A DNA stretch of 64,000 nucleotides from the NCBI GenBank assembly GCA_965116885.1, contig OZ220741.1, positions 544,001 to 608,000 on the forward strand. Direction: 5' to 3'. The DNA comes from Candidatus Latescibacterota bacterium (GTDB lineage: Bacteria > Latescibacterota > UBA2968). The notes beneath the pieces are model-generated. The model was not told where the DNA came from, did not search any database, and saw only the letters and a list, made by a program, of their open reading frames with translations. Positions 58,523 through 64,000 of this stretch are shown here, piece after piece (within the stretch, counting starts at the first letter, position 1; every line of letters begins with the position of its first letter). The position numbers and the translations under genes are program-made.

Positions 58523-59641
58523 ATGCCCACTAAGAAGCCACGCGCTCACCCAAATACGACCGCACCGTTGCGCGTTTGGGCGAAGCTACTCTGGGGCCAG
58601 GACGGGGTGAGGGTTGCGCCCCAGCACCGGGGACGAGTAAGGCGAATTCTCCTTGGCTCGGCCCTGATGGTACCGCTACGCTTGATCGAAAAGATGCGCT
58701 ACGGGCGCGCCGTAGCTCGGACGAAAATTGCGCATCCACCGATCTTTATCATCGGCCATGCCCGCTCGGGCACGACGCACTTGCACTATCTCCTGACGCG
58801 CGATCCGCAGTTCGCAATCGTCTCGTTGTTCCAATCCATCGCCCCGACATTCTTTCTGATCGGCCGTGGTTGGATCAAGCGTTTCATGGCCAAACAGCTC
58901 AAGCCAAAACGTCCGCAGGATGATGTCGAACTGGCGATGGACCTGCCGAATGAGGAGGAATTCGCGATTGCCAATTCCTCTGAGCTATCCAACGTTCACT
59001 TCCTTACATTCCCATCCAGGACGACGGAATACTTTGAAAAATATATCTTCATGAGGGGGCTGACTGAGCGGCAACAGGCGCGCTGGGATGCCGTCATCAC
59101 GGACATCATTAAAAAAGCCACCCTTGCGGGCGGTGGAAAACAGTTGGTACTCAAAAGCCCCTCCAACACCGGCCGAATTCCCCACCTCCTGCGCCTTTTC
59201 CCCAATGCCAGGTTCATTCATATCGCAAGAAATCCAGGCGATGTCTATTACTCGACAAACCATACATTAAGAAAGATGTTTGAGTTGTTCCTGCTGGAGG
59301 AGCATCCGGGCGATTTTTCGGATTTCGTCATCACCGAGTACAAGGCTCTAATGGAACAATACCTGAAAGACAGAGCTTTGATCCCAGAAGGCAATCTGGC
59401 GGAAGTGAAGTACGAGGACCTCGTAGCTGATCCACTGGGCGAAATGGAACGCATCTACGCGGCACTCGGATTGTCTGGTTGGGAAAGCGGAGGAAAGCAG
59501 GCTGTGGTCGAATACCTGAACACGCTTTCGGACTACCAAAAAAATACATTTGAACCGGACCCCGCCGCTATGGAGCGCGTCTCACGGGCCTGGCGATTTG
59601 CTTTCGAAGAATGGAATTATGAACTACCGGTGAAGCCATAG
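58523..59641 (+). CDS. Sulfotransferase family protein
   Basis: PIFIIGHARSGTTHL (PAPS loop), LKSP, FIHIARNP...S, YEDLVADP. Confidence 0.9.
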   Translation: MPTKKPRAHPNTTAPLRVWAKLLWGQDGVRVAPQHRGRVRRILLGSALMVPLRLIEKMRYGRAVARTKIAHPPIFIIGHARSGTTHLHYLLTRDPQFAIVSLFQSIAPTFFLIGRGWIKRFMAKQLKPKRPQDDVELAMDLPNEEEFAIANSSELSNVHFLTFPSRTTEYFEKYIFMRGLTERQQARWDAVITDIIKKATLAGGGKQLVLKSPSNTGRIPHLLRLFPNARFIHIARNPGDVYYSTNHTLRKMFELFLLEEHPGDFSDFVITEYKALMEQYLKDRALIPEGNLAEVKYEDLVADPLGEMERIYAALGLSGWESGGKQAVVEYLNTLSDYQKNTFEPDPAAMERVSRAWRFAFEEWNYELPVKP

Positions 59642-59679
59642 ACTGGCCCAACCTATGTGCCAGTTTTAGATGAATTACT

Positions 59680-60420
59680 CTAAAAATCCCTCGCATTAGC
59701 CTCCACCATCACCTCAACAGCTACCAGATGCGCTGCAACGCGCACATCCATCGGTTGTGCAGTCGGGCTTTCTGACGTCACCAGATGACCCGTATGCCCT
59801 CTCTGATACAAAGCAATCGGTATGCCCTCCCCGTACTTCCGCCTCGACACCTCCATATTGGGATGAATCACCCCATTGACCGCAACCTCGCCCTCAATCT
59901 CGGCCTCTTTGTTAATCGGACACACCTGTGCCACCCGCTTCACCATCTCCCGTCCCAGGGATTCTCTGTCCCCAAACATCTCGTACAGATAAAACCCCGG
60001 ACTCTCCCAATCCTCGTGCAAATCGATCACACCCGCAAAAACCCGTCCTTCCACAAACCCCTTCAAAATCTCAATCTCGGGCACATCATCGCGCAAAAAC
60101 GCCCAATTCACATCCACCTCCTGTGCATTGAGCCGCGCATTGTGAACATAGCTCCACGGGCACAAACACGGAACAACCTCAAAACGCACCCGATCAGCCC
60201 AGCGTTCCCATCCCCCCTCCAAAAAAGCCAGCGCAGCCTCCACGCCAGCCGGTTCATCGCCGTGCGTCCCCCCATTGATATACACAACAGGTGTGTCTCC
60301 CTTGCCAGCAGACACGCGCAAAACCGGCAAACCTTCAACCTCCCCCAACTCGTACACATCAACACCAGACACAGCTTCCACGCGCTTAACAACAGCATCG
60401 TAATCCCGTTGACCCATCAC
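59680..60420 (-). CDS. M14-like zinc carboxypeptidase / succinylglutamate desuccinylase-aspartoacylase family
   Basis: GGTHGDEPAG, R.N...DVN, IDLHED, TSE. Confidence 0.85.
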   Translation of the reverse strand: MMGQRDYDAVVKRVEAVSGVDVYELGEVEGLPVLRVSAGKGDTPVVYINGGTHGDEPAGVEAALAFLEGGWERWADRVRFEVVPCLCPWSYVHNARLNAQEVDVNWAFLRDDVPEIEILKGFVEGRVFAGVIDLHEDWESPGFYLYEMFGDRESLGREMVKRVAQVCPINKEAEIEGEVAVNGVIHPNMEVSRRKYGEGIPIALYQRGHTGHLVTSESPTAQPMDVRVAAHLVAVEVMVEANARDF

Positions 60421-61376
60421 ATATCCCGAAGCGCGTCAATCACCCGCGCGTGAATCTCGCGGGCACTCACCACCACCCCACGATTGTCCTCCATCTGAGC
60501 AGCAGACGAAAAATCCAGCGGCCTACCAAACATATCGCTCACCTCTCCACCGGCTTCCTCAACAATAAGAGCACCCGCAGCGTGATCCCAGATATTCTCG
60601 CGATAGCCCGGAGATTCTGGCGACGGCAACCTCAAATACAACGCCGCATCGCCGCGAGCCACCGCGCCGTATTTCACCTGACTATCCATCCTGAGCGACG
60701 GCGAAACAATCCCAACCGCACGAGCCACCGCTTGCTGTGCATCGAAATCGCAGTGTGACGGCTCCACGCTCTCCGCAAACCGCCATGCAGGGTCATCAAT
60801 GTGAATATCAACACCATCCCCACCTGCAAGAGACATCGCTCGTGTGCCCTCTCCCCGCACCGCCACAAATAACACCCCACAATCACCCTCCACCTCCTCC
60901 ATATCCACGGGCAGAGCCGGACACGCCAGCGCGGCAACCTTCACCTCCTCGCAATCGACGAGCGCCAGAGCCACCGCATATTGATCTCCGCGCAAAAAGC
61001 CCTTTGTGCCATCAATGGGATCGAGCGTCCAGAAACGCTCTGCAACATCCCCATTACCCGCATCAATCCAGTCGCAAATGGTATTTTCATCCGCCTGTGC
61101 ATACGTCCGAACAAACCCGCACACAGTCTTCCGCATCGCAGCTTGCTCCGCACCCCGAAGCACCGACGCATCTTCCTCTGCCACAATCGGATCATTGGGA
61201 AAAACCGACTTTAATCGCCGGCACACAAGCGCCTGCGAGCCAAAATCCGCAACCGTCACCGGACTGCGATCCTCCTTCTCCATCGCTCCAACAAGTGATT
61301 TTCGCACATCGACACAAAGCCGAGCCGCCTCGCGCACAGCCTCAACAGCGACCTCGCGCTCCCGATCATATCCCAT
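60417..61376 (-). CDS. 3'(2'),5'-bisphosphate nucleotidase (HAL2-like PAP phosphatase)
   Basis: KEDRSPVTVADF, AEED, DPIDGTKGFLRG.QYA, DSQVKY, ENIWDHAAG. Confidence 0.9.
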   Translation of the reverse strand: MGYDREREVAVEAVREAARLCVDVRKSLVGAMEKEDRSPVTVADFGSQALVCRRLKSVFPNDPIVAEEDASVLRGAEQAAMRKTVCGFVRTYAQADENTICDWIDAGNGDVAERFWTLDPIDGTKGFLRGDQYAVALALVDCEEVKVAALACPALPVDMEEVEGDCGVLFVAVRGEGTRAMSLAGGDGVDIHIDDPAWRFAESVEPSHCDFDAQQAVARAVGIVSPSLRMDSQVKYGAVARGDAALYLRLPSPESPGYRENIWDHAAGALIVEEAGGEVSDMFGRPLDFSSAAQMEDNRGVVVSAREIHARVIDALRDM

Positions 61377-61384
61377 AAACACCC

Positions 61385-62284
61385 CTATTTCTTTTTTTCA
61401 CCAAAATGATCCATCTCGCCGCGATCAATCCAACCCGGCAACCTGATCTTCTCCGACATCTTCCACGCCGTCAAATAAAGTGAAACTGTAAAACCCGCCG
61501 CCCGCTTTGCATGCATCTCCGCAAATGTACGCACCGCAGGCTCATTCTTCCAATCTATATCCTTTGGAATCAGAAACTGCTCCATAGACAGCGCAGACTC
61601 AACCTCATCAAAACTCTCGTGCATCTGTGCCACAATACCCACCATCAAACTATCCACAGGCGCAGCAGTCAAACCCTCGGCAATATCTTCGGGTCTCAAA
61701 TCCAAATTTTGAAGCAACCCATCAATCTTTTCGTGAATACGCGTCATCGACGACTTGCCATCTACAACCCGACCATTCCAGTGAATCGTCAAATTCAGAG
61801 GTTGACAAATCTCCTGAGCAAAATGCGCCACATACCCGGCGTATATCAGACACTTATTCTGGATAAACGGACTCTCGGGCCACTTGCGAAACTCTGCAAA
61901 TGCCAGAGCCAGTTGCCCGGTATATTCCGCCGTCACGTACGGCAACAAACCCACCTGTTCTGGCCTCTTCCCCAACTCTGCACAGCGTCTTGCAAACGCG
62001 TACCGAGACGCGGGCAAATCCTCCGCCTCAAACAACTCCATATTAAAATAATGAACCGGATGACCAGCCTTTTCCAGATGAAGCGTACCGCGATTCTTTG
62101 CAACATCCGGATCAACAGCCGCATGAGCCACCATACCTGTGCCAGCCCTGAGAAAAGCAGGCGCATCTGCCGGAAGCGCCTGAACAGCCGCCCGCGTCAA
62201 AATGCCATGCCCTCGCGGCCACCAGCCCCAGGCGGACGACCCGAATACAAATAGAATAAGTAATACCATACCTAATCGACGCAT
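61385..62284 (-). CDS. Secreted S1/P1 nuclease / Zn-phospholipase C-like protein
   Basis: Signal peptide then WWPRGH; DPD, HYF, HFAQEICQPLN, HEKID. Confidence 0.7.
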   Translation of the reverse strand: MRRLGMVLLILFVFGSSAWGWWPRGHGILTRAAVQALPADAPAFLRAGTGMVAHAAVDPDVAKNRGTLHLEKAGHPVHYFNMELFEAEDLPASRYAFARRCAELGKRPEQVGLLPYVTAEYTGQLALAFAEFRKWPESPFIQNKCLIYAGYVAHFAQEICQPLNLTIHWNGRVVDGKSSMTRIHEKIDGLLQNLDLRPEDIAEGLTAAPVDSLMVGIVAQMHESFDEVESALSMEQFLIPKDIDWKNEPAVRTFAEMHAKRAAGFTVSLYLTAWKMSEKIRLPGWIDRGEMDHFGEKKK

Positions 62285-62300
62285 TGAAAATCTCCTTGAA

Positions 62301-62369
62301 CGAATAGACGAATAGACGAATCGAACTCCGCCCCACACCCACGGGCGGGCACAGGGGCACCGCCCCTAC
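62301..62369 (+). repeat. REP-like element, copy 5, with a (CGAATAGA)n leader
   Basis: Identical core at 62343-62369. Confidence 0.85.
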
Positions 62370-62413
62370 ATTGATGAACCGGCATGAACCAGTTATACAC
62401 CGCTCCGCGTTTT

Positions 62414-63307
62414 TTACTTCCCGTCCCAAATCTCTCGCTTCACATAATCTGCAATCTCCAAACGCTCGGACAGTCGCCAGGCAGTCAAATAAAGCCGCGC
62501 AGTAAACCGCGTCGCAGCCCGGGCGCGATCTTTTGCAAAAGCGATCACCTCGGCATTCGGTACCCAATTCTCCTCATCATATCTGGGAATATTCGGCCCC
62601 ATTTCATAAACCCGATCAACCAGTGCAAACCCCTCCTCAAACTCCCGCATAATCTCAGACATCACATCATCAAAAGGGGTCACATCCTGATCGCGCGACA
62701 AATCCCCTGGCTCCATCTTCAAAAACTGCACCAGACCATCCACCTTCTGGTGAATACCCCTCTGCAACTTCTCGCCCCCCTCCTGCACGCGCCCATCGTA
62801 GTGAATCGTCAAATGCAAAGGCTGACACATATCCTCGGCATAATGCGCGAGAAAACCCGCATAAATCAGGCACTTACTCTGAATATGCGGATTATCGGGC
62901 CACTTGCGAAACTCTGCAAAAGCCACCGCTAAGCGCTCTGTCCACTCATTCACCGCATAAGGCACAAAACCCATCTTCTCGGGCGACACCCCGTGCTCAT
63001 AACACAACTTGACAAACGCGTATCGACTCGCTGGCAACGTCTCCACATCGAGCATCTCGCGATCCAAAAAATGCTCGGGATACTCTGCCCCTCGCACCTG
63101 CGGCGTACCCCGATTCTTGCCCATATCGGGGTCAATACTCAAATGCGCCACCGTCTTTGCCCCCTGCCTGAAAAACGCCGGAACTTCATCGGGCAAAGCC
63201 GCCACAGCGGACAAAGTCAAAATATGGTGCCCTTCCAGCAACCAGCCTCGAGCGGGAGAACACAACCCTGCCAAAAGCAAAACAGAAATAGCAAATCGTT
63301 TGAACAT
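62414..63307 (-). CDS. Secreted S1/P1 nuclease / Zn-phospholipase C-like protein (paralog)
   Basis: Signal peptide then WLLEGH; DPD, HFLD, HYAEDMCQPLH, HQKVD. Confidence 0.75.
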   Translation of the reverse strand: MFKRFAISVLLLAGLCSPARGWLLEGHHILTLSAVAALPDEVPAFFRQGAKTVAHLSIDPDMGKNRGTPQVRGAEYPEHFLDREMLDVETLPASRYAFVKLCYEHGVSPEKMGFVPYAVNEWTERLAVAFAEFRKWPDNPHIQSKCLIYAGFLAHYAEDMCQPLHLTIHYDGRVQEGGEKLQRGIHQKVDGLVQFLKMEPGDLSRDQDVTPFDDVMSEIMREFEEGFALVDRVYEMGPNIPRYDEENWVPNAEVIAFAKDRARAATRFTARLYLTAWRLSERLEIADYVKREIWDGK

Positions 63308-63464
63308 TAATACCTCCTGTAAATGCATAGGCAACCACAAATGGACACTGATGAACACAGAGGGAAAGGCAAAACCTTCTGGATCGCGGCTAACAGCATG
63401 CCGCGATGACGGCTTTTATGTACTGCATAGACCGCTGACTGCTTATTCACACATAAAGAAAGAC

Positions 63465-63493
63465 AGCGGAGAAACTCAGAAAGTTTCTCCGCT
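63465..63493 (-). terminator. Hairpin terminator after selC
   Basis: AGCGGAGAAACT-cagaa-AGTTTCTCCGCT. Confidence 0.7.
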
Positions 63494-63501
63494 ATCAAAA
63501 A

Positions 63502-63599
63502 TGGCGGGAATGTGTGGGAATCGAACCCACCAAGCGTGGGGTTAGCACGCAACAACGGGTTTGAAGCCCGCGGGGGACACCAGTTCCCCATCCACTCCC
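63502..63599 (-). tRNA. selC: tRNA-Sec (anticodon TCA)
   Basis: 98 nt; GGGAGTG/CATTCCC-GCCA acceptor, long D stem with TGGT loop, CTTCAAA anticodon loop, long variable arm, GTGGG-TTCGATT-CCCAC; directly after selD. Confidence 0.95.
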
Positions 63600-63601
63600 A
63601 A

Positions 63602-64000
63602 TCACGCTCGTACCTCAATCTCACCGGGATATTCTGCAACCACCTCGCCAATATCTCGAGCCATCACACCGCGATCGTCCAACGACTCAAGAAAAGCATC
63701 AGCCACATCGGGCGCAAGTGCAATCAACAGACCGCCAGAAGTCTGCGGATCAAAAAACAAACGCCTCAAAGCCTCATCAACATCATCGGCAAATCGCACC
63801 GCATGCCCGCGCGCCGCCCGATTGCGCCGCAAACCCCCGCCCTCGCGCCCCTCTGCAATCTGCAAAGCCAGATCAAAACGCGGCACATCAGAAGCACGTA
63901 TGCGAATCCCAACGCCACTCGCCTGCGCCATCTCCAACCCATGCCCCAGCAACCCAAACCCGGTAATATCCGTACATCCACCCGCATTATATGCAACCAT
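63602..64000 (-). CDS. selD: Selenophosphate synthetase, C-terminal part (runs off window)
   Basis: TDITGFGLLGH..EMA and DPQTSGGLL. Confidence 0.95.
   Translation of the reverse strand: MVAYNAGGCTDITGFGLLGHGLEMAQASGVGIRIRASDVPRFDLALQIAEGREGGGLRRNRAARGHAVRFADDVDEALRRLFFDPQTSGGLLIALAPDVADAFLESLDDRGVMARDIGEVVAEYPGEIEVRA

Noticed and set aside
63400..63520. Genomic island integrated at selC
   Set aside because: No integrase or duplicated tRNA 3' end was seen, and the downstream genes have host-like composition.
63307..63651. ORF across the tRNA
   Set aside because: It overlaps selC and its terminator.

Overview
Bacterial chromosomal window, gene-dense, with a strong C/A-rich skew on the + strand. 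It resembles a marine invertebrate (sponge-type) symbiont: four sulfatases, PhyH, and LRR, Sel1, FG-GAP and dockerin-like proteins (lineage is inferred, not proven). Housekeeping genes include the ftsY 3' end, iscS, mrp/apbC, gdhA, dksA, polX, a 2-oxoacid:ferredoxin oxidoreductase, Hen1-Pnkp RNA repair, and selD with tRNA-Sec (selC). Main observations: (1) a rhodanese-MoeB (MoeZ-like) gene whose conserved Cys codon is an in-frame TGA followed by a SECIS-like hairpin, so probably a selenoprotein split by the ORF caller; its rhodanese domain lacks the catalytic Cys and it sits in an iscS-mrp operon. (2) A GPP34(GOLPH3)-cytochrome P450 fusion plus a sulfotransferase, bracketed by a ~100-bp duplication of a peptidase gene's 3' end. 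(3) A CBS-fused oxidoreductase beta subunit. (4) A candidate three-way-junction sRNA whose promoter and 5' half are duplicated around a small coiled-coil gene. (5) Strand-polarised REP-like repeats. There are also several decaying accessory genes. No CRISPR array, rRNA, integrase or intact transposase was seen.
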